Positions 51,405-63,089 of a stretch of 64,000 bases of DNA are shown here, piece by piece. The notes beneath the pieces are model-generated. The model saw only the letters and a list, made by a program, of their open reading frames with translations. It searched no databases and had not been told where the DNA came from. The stretch spans positions 8,744,001 to 8,808,000 of the forward strand of contig CM052817.1 in assembly GCA_028534125.1 (NCBI GenBank). Reading direction: 5' to 3'. Positions within the stretch are counted from its first letter, which is position 1. Each line of letters starts with the position of its first letter. This DNA is from Lama glama (Eukaryota). The position numbers and the translations under genes were made by a program.

Positions 51405-51555
51405 AGACACTGTCTTCTCTGCATGGAAATAAGACCTCCCACTCATTTTACATAGGTCAGTGAACAGCTATCAGATAGTAATGACTCATTACTGACCTCA
51501 TCAGGGAGGATTTGAACCAATGAACTACAGGTGAAGGGTTCTCTATCCCATTAGC
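51405..51555 (-). mobile_element. LF-SINE (LFSINE_Vert) tRNA-derived head fragment
   Basis: Minus strand reads TAATGGGATAGAGAACCCTTCACCTGTAGTTCATTGGTTCAAATCC...GTCATTACTATCTGATAGCTGTTCACTGACCTATGTAAAATGAGTGGGAGGTCT, co-linear with the LF-SINE consensus as I recall it; B-box at 51508-51518. Confidence 0.8.
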
Positions 51556-51939
51556 CTGGGGACATTTTGTTCTTCTTGGAGACATTTTATTCATCTCGGA
51601 GAAGACTTAAGTCTAAAGAGTATTTGTTGCCTCACATCAGCCATATTAGATACACATTAATTATTCTTTTTAATAACAGCAAAAGAAAGACTATAAGTTC
51701 TCCTAGTATATTGAAAAATGTAACATTGAGCTGAATATGGGGCAAATTAACCTCAAAGCAGGAGGGGCTGTGAGAGGTAAAAACAGTAATTTTCACATAT
51801 TCATGTTTGGTCAGTTTTTCAACACACATTGACTGACTGACTGCCTTGGATGCTAATGATGCATAAATGGGAATGAATGTTTCACATCCTCAATTGTATG
51901 GAATCTATGGTTATAGGAAGATGTAGTCTGTAGAGGGGA

Positions 51940-52290
51940 AGATAACTGTTCTGGGGTTGGGAACCAGGGGAACTGGGTTCTACTTTTGGCTTCTTCAATA
52001 AGTCACTGTTTGATCTTGGTTAATTAATTCCAGTTTTTGAGAACACTGGTTTCTTTGCATGCAAGAAGGCAATTATTGAACACCTACGGTATTTTTCATT
52101 TGTTCTAAATTGATTTTCACAGTATTCATATAAGAACAGCAGTTTTACTTCTGCCTTATAGATAAAAATATTGAGGCTCAGAAATATTTAAAATTTGATA
52201 GGATAGCACTCAATTAATAAGTAACAAAGCTGGCATTTGAAACTAGTTTTGATCTGGCTCTGGTGTTTTTCTACTGTTCATTTTACTGCC
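51940..52290. mobile_element. Two MIR fragments
   Basis: CTGGGTTCTAC...CACTGTTTGATCTTGG; TTATAGATAAAAATATTGAGGCTCAGA...GCTGGCATTTGAAAC. Confidence 0.65.
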
Positions 52291-52475
52291 ATGACTCCTC
52301 CTCATTGGCTGAAGGCCTTTTTAAGATCCTACTACGTTGATTTAGTCTATCAACCTTAGAACTTGTTCCATGGTCAACACAAATGGCCATGCATGATCTA
52401 GCTCTGCCTTGGAATCATTGTTCCTGCATAAAAGGTAGTAGGATGAGTGATGTCTCATTTCATGTTAATATCCCA

Positions 52476-52880
52476 GTATTAGCCAGAATAGATCAGATGA
52501 TGCAGCAGTAACATTTTAATCCCTCCCCCATAATCTCTGAGACTTCACACTACAAAAGTTGATTTTTTGCCCACGTCACATGACCTACATGAGTTGATGA
52601 TGACTTCTGATTCAAAAAATCACAAAAGTGCCACCATTTTATAACTGCCCCATGTAGAATTAATGGCTTTCTCAATCAGGGAAAGAGACTGAAGAATGAT
52701 GCAAGTTCTTGGCTAGGTTTCTGCTCAGAAGTGGAATGTGTCATTTATGATCATATTGTATTGACTAAAATATTCTATTGTTCTAACCAGTTGCAGGATA
52801 GCTGAGAAGTACCATCCTCTGTGTGCTTAGAAGGGGAAGATAATTAAATGCTGGTGAACATTTACTAGTTATGCCTACCC
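52476..52880 (-). mobile_element. Old MLT1 (L/M/N-like) LTR
   Basis: GTATTAGCCAGAATAG...TGCAGCAGTAACA...TAATCTCTG..ACTT..ACTACAAAAGTT; CTGCTCAGAAGTG..ATGTGTCA. Confidence 0.6.
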
Positions 52881-53719
52881 TCCAAAAATTCCAAACCATA
52901 ACAAAACAAAAGTAACATTTTCTTGCTACTTTCCTATAAAGCCAGAAATACATTATTTGGTTAAGTCAGTGTTTCAGTCTTCTCTTTGTAAAGATAGTAT
53001 TTCTTGAGCAGGTTAGAGATCTAGTCCATTAGCTCCTTAGCGACTAGGGCTTCCTAGGACTGAGTGCTTCATGTGGGACCATTAAGATGCTTACTGGATT
53101 ACTTTTTGATCATGATTTCTTTCTTTCCAGGGCAGGAGCCCTGTAAACAGACCCTTACTCTGTGTACCAATTGAGATATCTACCTTTCTTACAAATTGGA
53201 TTTGCTTCTGTTTACCAAGTCTTACTTTTGAGAATAGATTAGTGGAGTAATTATTCTATCCCTGGCCCCAATACTATTGTCATTCTGTATTACAATTGGC
53301 AATCTGAAGAACTGGGGTCTTTTCTGCTTTTAACATTATGGAAGGACTCAGGAAAGACACTTTTGGTTGACGGTGACAAATTAGGCTGATTTTTTAAAAA
53401 AATAACGTTTTTAGCTTACAAATGGTTGAAGAGTAGATGTGACCTCAAGTGTGATTGGATAAAGGGACTTAACAAGTGTAATTCTGGATGTGTAACTAAT
53501 GGAATGCTCTCTATTTCTTAGCTTTATTTCTTTTTGAGGTTGCAAGATGGTTGACAGAGGCACGTAGAGCTATGTGCTTCTAGGTTCAGCCCCAGTGAGG
53601 AATGGTAAAACTTTTCTCAGTTTGCTTTTGTGAAGATCCTGAAATTAATTCTCTTTGGATGACGTACATCATGTTCTAAGAAAGGCACTCTACTCGGCAT
53701 ATCAGCCCACATTCTTGTC

Positions 53720-54210
53720 CTTTCATCTTTGCCTTCCTCTACTATTTAGGCTAGAAAGCAAAATTCTTAATTTCCTACATGTGCTGGATATATAAATTTT
53801 GGACTCAGCATCCATTCTCACCTCCTTCTATTATGTCTTTTTTTTATTCCATAGACTGAAAAGTAAAAGTTACGTTTCCAAGATTCCCTCTTAGCTAGGA
53901 TTCTAAATGCAAATTAGAGCTTTACCAATCAGATATACACATCTAGCATTTGGAAAGCAGAAGTAAGTTGAAGACTATTTCCATGCTGCTGTAGGCTTTC
54001 TGGAGACATTTCCCACCCCATCCCCACTCCACAACATGCATGGTTTCAGCATCCTGCTTTGGAGTTATCAAGAAAACTTTGCAAGAGGCAGTGGCCAGAC
54101 TCCACAATCTGATGTCCATGATCAACCTGCTGTATGTAAGAAAGCAGTTGTAATGATGGTCATGGTGATGACTGACCCTGGTTTTCTGACCCCTGCTTTG
54201 TGATTTAGGG
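53720..54210. mobile_element. ERVL-type LTR (LTR16/LTR33-like)
   Basis: TTTCCAAGATTCCCTCTTAGCTAGG...TTTACCAATCAGATATACAC. Confidence 0.45.
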
Positions 54211-54339
54211 TGATCTGTGCTTTAATTTATGGTTCCAGTGAACACATGCAAGTCCCACATGGGCCAATATATTATCTGTATAGACACAGGTAACAGCAAA
54301 CAAATAAACCAAAAATGACCATACAAAGGACTGGCAGTG

Positions 54340-54530
54340 TTTCCTCATATAGCGTAGTGAAGAAGTACACAGGCTCAGTGACAAATCCCAGGTCCACCAT
54401 TCAGTTGTATACATGTGGTCAAGTTACTAAAAAGTTACACATTTTTGTTTCCTTCTCTGAAAAATGAGCATCAGACTATAAATGTTGGTAAGTTATAGAA
54501 AAGATTATATAAAACAATGTATGCAGTATA
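54340..54530 (+). mobile_element. MIR
   Basis: CAAATCCCAGGTCCACCATTC...GGTCAAGTTACT...GTTTCCTTCTCTGAAAAATGAG. Confidence 0.65.
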
Positions 54531-55374
54531 TCATCCTGTCCATCAACTGAAAAAAAAAACTCACTTGTATTCTCTTTCCCAGCTGCCTCCATACTTTCTA
54601 CCTACTTACCTGGGGCTGGGTGACAGCAGGTACTGATCTCAACTGCAAGGCAGAGCTTGTCTTTGCTCTTTCAGCTCTCTGCCCCATTCTTATTGGTTTC
54701 TTTGCTCTTTAGTCCCATCTTGCTGCTTTCTCAGGTGTAGTCTCATTTGGACAGCACTTTTCCTGCAAACACTTCATGAAATTCAAAATGCCTTTCTTTT
54801 AAGTGACGTTTTTAGGACTATGATCACCAGGTGTTCAGTCCATAATTTGGACACTCCTGTAATTTGAAACAGTCTCCTGCCCTTCAGAGAATGGTGTGTT
54901 ATTTTCAGAGAAGGCTACTTTCAGGGGGAGAAACCTGCTTATGCCCACAGTTTAAGAGCATTCTGGCTTGCTGTTTTTGAGAATAATTCTTCCCTGATCA
55001 GTTCATCTCCAGCCCTTAGCTTTGGGTGAAGCAATCACATTCTATTGTCTTTAACCACTTAGAAGTTTCTTGCTTTTTCAATTTATTTGAACTTGTTTAA
55101 ATAACAGTAAAAAGGAAACATCCTTTGTATAAATTTAATTCCAATTACTCTGACTCCTTTGCCATCTTCTGGTTATAATTTTAAAGTCTTTTTTTTTTAA
55201 AGCTGGTATGTTTAAAAAGTGATAATTTGCTTGACAGCTGGAGAACCTGGGATCATTAAAGGGAGAATTCACATTATTTTTAATGCAACCTAGCTATTCT
55301 CTGTGTTTTTAGAACACTAGCAGTGTTCTTTGATGTTTTGCAGCACCCTTTCCTTACTGCATGGCTGAAGATTC

Positions 55375-55510
55375 AATTTATTTATTTGTTTATTCAATAA
55401 ATAGTTACTGAGCTTCTGCTATCTTCCAGGCCCCATGCTAAGTCTTAGGGCCAAAATCTGAATAAGACATGGTCTCACCTTTCCTCTGCTTTTTTGTAAC
55501 CAGGTAAGAT
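55375..55510 (-). mobile_element. L2 3' end
   Basis: TTTATTCAATAAATAGTTACTGAGCTTCTGCTAT..TCCAGGCCCCATGCTAAG. Confidence 0.7.
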
Positions 55511-56084
55511 GCAAGGAAACAGAAGGAAAAGAATGAAAGGGAAAAGAAGTTATGCAATTGTAAGGAGAGGAAAAGAAACTAGATGGTGAATGAACAAGAA
55601 ATGATTTGGGGAGGGTAGAGCAGAAAGAAATTGAAAGGAAACAGATGAGAAAAAAATTGAGTAAAAAGCGTTGGTAGAAAGGAGATATAAAAATAATAAA
55701 ATGTGGTAGCACTGAAATTTATATACTGCTTCTCTTATATGCATGCCTGTAATTTTCTGTATTTTCTATAACTCAGGTAACTTGGTAATAAGCCCGCCAG
55801 TTCCACTGATGTCAGCAAAAAATTTTAATCTTATCATTTTAAGGTTATCTGTCTTTTCTAGTTTAAATCATAGACTCTCTTAATTCTGTCTATTCATGAC
55901 TTTTTCTACTTTTATCCTCTTCTTTCCCTTCTCCCAGAGTGTTATCTGGGCCCAGTAGGAAGCTTACATAGCAACATGTATGCAGGTCTCTGATCTGAAT
56001 CTTTGTTTCTGGGCACCTGCTGGTTTTGTTGATGATATAAGTGGTCTCTCATGTCATAGTAATTGCCTCGAGCCTGAAGTCCTC

Positions 56085-56485
56085 TGTGGTAGACAGAAAA
56101 ATGGCTCCCCAGAGATGTCCACCTCCTAATCTCCAGAACCTGGGACTGTGTTACCTTATATGACAAAAAGTATTTAAGGCTGCAGATGGAATTCAGCCTG
56201 CTAATTAGTTGACCTTGAGATGGAGATTATCCTGAATGATTTGAGTGGGCCTCATATGATCACAAAGGACCTTACAATATAAGAAGGAGGCAGAAGAGGA
56301 GAGTCTGGAGGAGATATGATTGTGGAAGTATGGTAAAAGTGATGCCATGGTGCTGGCTTTGAAGACAGAAGAAGGGGAACACTAAAAAAAGAACACAAGA
56401 GGCCTGTAGAAGCTGAAAAGGGCAAGAAAATGGATTTTCCCTTAGAGCAAGAAATGTGGTTCTGTTGACATCTCAGAATTTAGCA
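56085..56485 (+). mobile_element. MLT1C/D-type MaLR LTR, 3' end missing
   Basis: TGTGGTAGACAGAAAAATGGCTCCCCAGAGATGTCCAC.TCCTAATCTCCAGAACCTG...GCTGGCTTTGAAGACAGAAGAAGGGG. Confidence 0.9.
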
Positions 56486-59400
56486 GTGGTGGGTCCACCT
56501 CATGGAGTCTGGAAGCATCTTCCCTCTGGCTGTGTGCCCTCCAACATTCTCCAAACATATCCACCAAATGGAAATGCACTGTTAACGCTTCTGTGTAAAG
56601 GGAGCTTGTCTTAGACTGTATCTTCCCTCCTTCCCATTCTATGGCTCATGGTAAGACTCTGGCCTTAATTAGCCAGCCCTGGTCCCATAAATCTAAAATA
56701 AAGCTTTTGAATTTTAGTAAACCGTTGTCTCTCAGAAGAGTATGACTCTTCCAAGCAAAAGCCCTTGTCTGCACAGGTTTGGTTTTTGAATGATTTTCAA
56801 AAGCCTATTTCTAAAAGCAAAACAGTATATAATTTTCCCTTCTTCTAATCTTAGTTTTCTGTTTTCCCTGAAATAATAACCACCAGTTTCAATGGATGAG
56901 GAACAGTCAGACTCATTAAGTCTAAAAATCACATTTAATCATATTTAAAACTATTACTATGTATAAAATAATAGAAAGAGAGGGAGAGCAATGAGGAGAA
57001 GAAAAAGAAGCACAAAAGTGAAGGAAACAAAGGCAAAAAGAGAAGGAAAATGGAGATGAGGAAACCACACTAAGGCTTACTTGGGAAAAATATAGAAATA
57101 GAATGATTTTTCTAAAGTTTCTTTGCAGAACAGTCCAACTGAACTCTGAAAGTGATGGGGCTCTACCCACACCTACGATCTCTCTGTTTCCCTGCAACAG
57201 GCTCTCCGGCACCTTTAAGATTTCCCACTCTCTTGTCCTCTTTGCTTTTTCATGGAGCTTCTTGTCCCTCAAGACTCATTCTCTCCTCCTGTTGCCAGAG
57301 ATGACCTTTCTATCTCTCTCAGTCAGGTAAGCGGGTGACCCAGGCAGCCCACCTGTGTGTCTCACAATGTTACTTCTTATCACATGGTTCTATAATGTTC
57401 CACTAGCAGTTAATTTACTTGCCTTCCTTGTGACTCAGGTTTCCCATCCACAAAATGGGATTATGTTGAAGGTAAAATTTAATGTTTATAAACAGCCCTG
57501 CAGTAACTGACGCAATTGCACTGATCTTCACTTCTCACTTTGGAACCCAACATGCATAAGCATTCCATATAATAATGCAAGTTTCACAGCACCTTCCTTC
57601 CTGGCCACAAAACTTAGGCTCCACACTCTCAACTGTGCTGCTGTCCTCTCCTTACAATCACTCTGGGAAAAGAATAAAACAAACAAACAAACAAAATAAA
57701 ATAAAAGCCAAAAAACAGCTGCTAAGCTGTCTTGGGTTAATAGGGAAAAATGATTAACTGAACCCTCCAGTTTCTTCTGCCAGAGAGAATTGCACAATAC
57801 CATTCTCCTTCCCTTTTTTCCTTATGCAGTTCAACTGAAGTAATTTCTCATATAGTTTCACCAAGCATGTGCATGACACATACGCTCGGTACACATACAT
57901 TCTTTCTCTCTCCCCCTCTGGCTCTCTGTCCCAGTCTCTGTTCTCTTTCTCTCTGCACTGCTCATTCCTGCTCCTGCACAAACACACTCACATATTCTCA
58001 CCTATGTGAACTAACTCTCAAACACTCTGTTACTGGCCACCCTTTTCCTTTCTTTGTCTTGGTGAAGTACATAAGGAAATTTACACATTTCTCTTCTTGC
58101 CTCTCTTCTAAAGGCTTGTCTCTCCTTTTCCTTTTTCTCTTTCTGTATTTCCTTTTCCTCCAACCCTGCTTCGTGACAGAGTTGCTGTGAGTGTGCCTCA
58201 CATGTGGTCACGGTGTGTTGTCCATGCACGTGATGGGAAACAGACCTTTCCCGACCTGCGGCTATGTAGTCTGGAATTTCCCCTGGGGATTGAGAAGATT
58301 TTATAGATGAAACTTAAACAAAGAAATTGATCAAATTTGAAATATGTAAGATCATTTTTGTCAGCTGGCAGGGTCATGAACTAGAGTGAGGATGTGTTGG
58401 GAGTCAGGAAGACCAAACCTGAGACAAAATGAAAATGAAATGTCTCAAGTATGGAGGGGGGCTGCGGAGAGGTGAGGCTGGTTTGGTGACTGAGGTAGTG
58501 GATACAGTAAAGATAATTGTCTCTGCTCCACCATGGTGGTCAGACCAAATAGGTATGTGAGCACAGGCAGCATATAATTTTAAGTACGAGAAGCTCTCTG
58601 TAAGTGTTAAGTGGTGCTGGGACTTAAGTATGTTGCTTCCTAGGATAATAGCCTGCAAGGCTGAAAATTAGCTGCATATATTTGATAAACCTGTAAATGG
58701 AGAGAACAATGATGGATTGTGAGCTCAGATTTTCAGTCTGGCTGTGAAGAGTTTCATTTTTTTCCCTTACATCTGACCAAAACTGTTTGTTATTCTGAAG
58801 ATGAAACAAACACATCCCTTCAGTGTGTTGGAGAGAATTTTCTCCCTGAGAATTCCAGAATATTCTTAAGATGAAGTTTCTCAAGATCAACTACATATGC
58901 ACAATAACCTTATGAGGTAGAAGAGTTTGGAAGCAGGAAAGGTAAAGGCCGTGTTATTTAAGAATCATGGAGACAACGGTTGGCATGAAATTACCATCAA
59001 ACTAACAGGTGAACACCTTTTAACTCCAAATGCTGAGCCATGGAGATGTTTTAATAAGAAGACAGGAAACAGATATTTTTGAGGTCCTGAATAATAAGGT
59101 AGAAACTTCCCAGCAACATTCTGCCTGAGTGATACTTGGGTCTCCACATAATAAGAAAAGGATTTAGTGTCACACCCATCATCCAGGATAGAAAACAGTG
59201 GAAGAAGATTTAGATTAGGAAATGTCTACCTCCCAAAGCTCCCTATTTTGTACAGGTTTATGGAGCAAAAATGACAAATACAAATGAAACAATAGATACC
59301 GACATGTTCGTACAATAAAGTTAGTAAGACTGTACTTCAAGTGAGAAATCTGTGAAGCGGCAGACAGGGACATCAAGATCTCTGATTACAGCATGACTTA

Positions 59401-59659
59401 GAACCTGTCTGAGGAAAGGCAAGAAAGTCTCAGGCCAGATGGTTCCTCCCGAGACTCCTGGCTGATGTCTCCAATGCCTGGGTGAGGAAAGGTTTGAAGT
59501 TGAAAAGATCTCCCTGACTATAGTCACTCATATGCAGTATTAATATATTAATTGAGACACATGCATTAAGGGAACTGTGATTTTCATACTTACACATCAT
59601 TAATATTGTTTTAAATGTATTTGGGTGTAAGTGGAATGTCAGAACTTGCATGTTGAAAG

Positions 59660-59877
59660 TACTGGGCTGCAGCCTGCTCTGGCAAGAGATCTGGCAAGAG
59701 ACTGTGTACATTTCTTCTCAACTCCATGCTAGAGGGACTTAAATTGGTAGCTTGAAATTGGCCATACTGGAAGTATTTCACCATCAAAATCTGTGGGTTC
59801 TACAAATCAAGACTTTTTCTTTTCTTTTCTTTTTTTTCCCTGAGTGCCAGTGGTTAAGCATTTACCAGGGCACCAGT
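59660..59877. mobile_element. MER63-like hAT-Blackjack MITE
   Basis: TTGGTAGCTTGAAATTGGCCATACTGGAAGTATTT.CACCA...CTACAAATCAAG...GGTTAAGCATTTACCAG. Confidence 0.8.
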
Positions 59878-60363
59878 TCATACTGATGTTTCTCGGCATA
59901 ACAATCTCTCTAAGTCTAACATAGAACAAATCCTGTTTTCATGCGTGATTATTGAATAAACAGTCATGGAGGAGAAGAGATTTAGAAGAACAAAGAGAGA
60001 TTTTTTAAGACAATGTTTTCAGGAGAAAAACCCATGTTTTGAAGAATGCATGAGAGAAGGTATAGCTGAAAATGGGAGATAAGAAAGATTTTCTAGGGAG
60101 AAAAAAGTCTAGGTTCAGACAAGAGAAGGGCATAAGGAGTTAGAAGAATTATAAAAAAGTTGAAAATGACTTGAAAACAGAATGCATGTGGACAGTAGTA
60201 AGAGAAGACAAAGGTTTCAGTGACAGATCTGAAAGAGCCATCCCAACTCTAGTCAGTATATTAGACCAGCAAAGATGAGCAGACAGGAGATAAAGAAATT
60301 CCTGCTTCACAGTGATGCTCACAGACATGAGCCTGTTTCTGGACAATCACTTCTTATGTTAAC

Positions 60364-61050
60364 TTTTTTTTTTTTAGTTTTATTTAGGTATAATTGATAT
60401 ATAAAAAATTACACTAATTTATATATATGTCTTGGTGAATTTGGACATATTCATACACCCTTGAAACCATCACCACAATCAAGTTTCTAAAACTGTCCAT
60501 CAACTCCAAAAATGTCCTTGCATTCTTTCGTGTTGTATGTTTGTTAAAAACATTTAATGAGATCTGTTTTCTTAATATATCTTCAGGTGCACAATACTGT
60601 ATTAACTATAAGTACTTTGTTGTATAGCAGACCTTTAGAAATGATTCATCTTGCATAAAACTTTATGAGATAAAAGTATAAAACTTTATACTCATTAAGT
60701 AACAATTCTCCACATCCTAGCAACCACCATTCTATTTCCCGTTTCCATGCACTTGACTATCTTAGATACCTCATATAAGTGGAATCATGCAGTATTTGTC
60801 CTTCTGTGACTAACTTATTTCATTTGGCATAATGTCCTCTAGTTTTAGTCACGTTGTCACAAATTACAAGATTTCCTCCTTTTTAAAGGATGAAAAATAT
60901 TACATTGCATACAAATACCACATTTTCTTTATTCAGTCATCCATCAATGGACACTTAAATTGTTTCCATGTCTTAGCTATTGTAAATAATGCTGCAATGA
61001 ACATGGGGTGCAGATAACTCTAGTTTATCCTGATTTCAAATCTTTTGAAG
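60364..61050 (-). mobile_element. L1MA/L1MB-type 3' end with poly(A)
   Basis: Poly-T; TTAGATACCTCATATAAGTGGAATCATGCAGTATTTGTCCTTCTGTGAC...TAATGCTGCAATGAACATGGGG. Confidence 0.92.
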
Positions 61051-61929
61051 AAACATTTTTTTGAGGGGGAAAAATACATAAAGACAAAGCTTGGAAGTAT
61101 TCTGTTTCAGGTTTAGTAACAAAGTAATTTAATGTTGCTTAGAACCTTATGAGCTGTGAAGACCCAGTGAACAATTTTCCCTATTTTCTAGGTTTTCAGA
61201 TGACCTACTCTGAGGATCACGTCCAGAAACTTAACAGTTAACTTACATCAGTGTGTGCTAATGATTATTTTTGTTGCTGTGATATGATGATGATGGTGAT
61301 AATGATGATGCTATTTTAACTTCATCTTTGGATAATGATGTTTTATCAGTTAACATATTTTTGGCATTTGGCAAGGGTTTTTAAAAAACATATTTTCAAC
61401 ATATACAATTTATAAGATCACAGGAGATAATGTGCTTTCAATTTATTTCAACTGATGTTTGATATTTGACACTAAGCCATTAGCTTCTCCCAGAACTTCA
61501 ATTTGATGAATAGCTTATGATTTTTAACCAGGTCATCTCTGTCATTGGACCCAGGTGAAGTTTTATGGGAGGGGATGGCACAGAGGGTCACAATAAAATC
61601 TAACAAGTGTCACCTGATAATTAAACAGATTAATCACTTTGACCACCAAAGCAGTTGACCACCGTGACTACACAGCATTAAGACTTAGCAATTCATGATT
61701 AAAAGTCAGGAGGGTCATACAACTCAGTGTCTGTGAATGTCCCAAAGAAGACTCACTTCCCTCTGACTATGGACCTCGCCCCTAGATTCTGCAGTACAGT
61801 CGTGCATCACCTGCTCTTCATGTACTGCAGGAAGCAGCCACTGGAAAGGAGATGTAAAGCTCCAATGGTTCCAAAGAAACCATCTGAAAGATGAACATCT
61901 TGTGATGTCAACCTCCAGCTCTAGGGTCT

Positions 61930-62560
61930 GCTATTTACTGCCCACTCACTGGCCTCCTTATTCCCGCTTTTGGCTACCTCCAATCCATTCTCCACATAGG
62001 GACCCTAGGGGTCTTCTAACAACCTGACTGGGTCTTGTTATTCATTTGCTTGAAGCCATATGATGAACTTCCAATGTGATTTAAAGTAAACCCAAATCCT
62101 TCAAGCTGGCCTTCAAGACTCAGCATGATCTGTCTCTGTTCATCTCTGCAGACTCATCGCAAACCTCCTCACCCTTATCTCTGCCCTACAGACATCGATC
62201 ATTCTTCCAGAGCTTCAGACACAACCCTCTCTCTACCTTCAAAACTCACAGCCTTTGTTCTCACTGCTTCCTAATCCTGCTTCTTTCTGTGACTATCTCC
62301 TGCTCAGCCTTCAGATCTCGGCTTAAATGTCATCCCCTCAGTGAGCGTTAGTTGACGGTGCCCCTGGATATTCTTCATTCCTGCTTCACTGCTTTACACA
62401 CAGTATTCACATTTTAAAAAGACTTTTTAATTATCTGTTTGTTTAGCATCTGCTTATAACATCTCTATGAGGAAGGGACTGGGCCTGCAAGCAAAGCCAC
62501 CCTACATGCAAGGACTTTAAATGACTGGTACTTATTAGGCAATCCACAAATTAAAAAGTC
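61930..62560 (+). mobile_element. L2 3' region
   Basis: CAATCCATTCTCCACA...AAATCCTTCAAGCTGGCCTTCAAGACTC..CATGATCTG...CCTTCAGATCTCGGCTTAAATGTCA. Confidence 0.8.
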
Positions 62561-62579
62561 TTTGTCCTGGTACTATAGT

Positions 62580-62800
62580 TAGCATGCATTAGACATTTAC
62601 AATGGGCCAGGTTCTGAGCTTAGCACTGTGTATGAATATTCTCATTTACTCCCACACCAAGCCTATGATGACTGCTAATATTACTCCCATTATTGATGAG
62701 GAGACAGAGGCAAAGAGTATATATCTGTATAATCTGAGGCTACAGAGCTAGTGATTGCAGAGCAAGATTCAAACTCAGGCACAATTTAGGATTTTAAGCT
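62580..62800 (-). mobile_element. MIR
   Basis: CTCATTTACTCCCACA...TATTACTCCCATT..TGATGAGGAGACAGAGGC...GCAGAGCAAGATTCAAACTCAGGC. Confidence 0.8.
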
Positions 62801-63089
62801 TTACCTTGGGATTGAACAAGTGGATGCAAGGTTCTCCACCATCTCTGATTGGCTGACTCCTTGTGGGTCTCTGAGACTTTGCTCAAGCATCAATCACCCA
62901 GTGAGACTTCCCTACTTTCAGTCTGAAGTGGTGTCTCTGCTGTGACCATTATCACCCTGAATCCACTGCAAACTGAGCCTGTGTCTCTCTGTTTTGATAT
63001 TGAATATATGTCTCCCCTACAATATCTGGAATTCCTCATTGGTGGAGACCATGCATATATTATTCTTTTTCCTCTGTTTATTCTCAATA

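Noticed and set aside
54603..54613. TACTTACCTGG, matching the U1 snRNA 5' end
   Set aside because: No further U1 similarity; it is only a consensus donor on the minus strand with no convincing acceptor.
55510..60300. Several purine- or pyrimidine-skewed tracts (about 55520, 56970, 57900, 59970)
   Set aside because: Imperfect low-complexity tracts without clear mirror symmetry; they generate spurious K/E/R- or F/L/S-rich ORFs.
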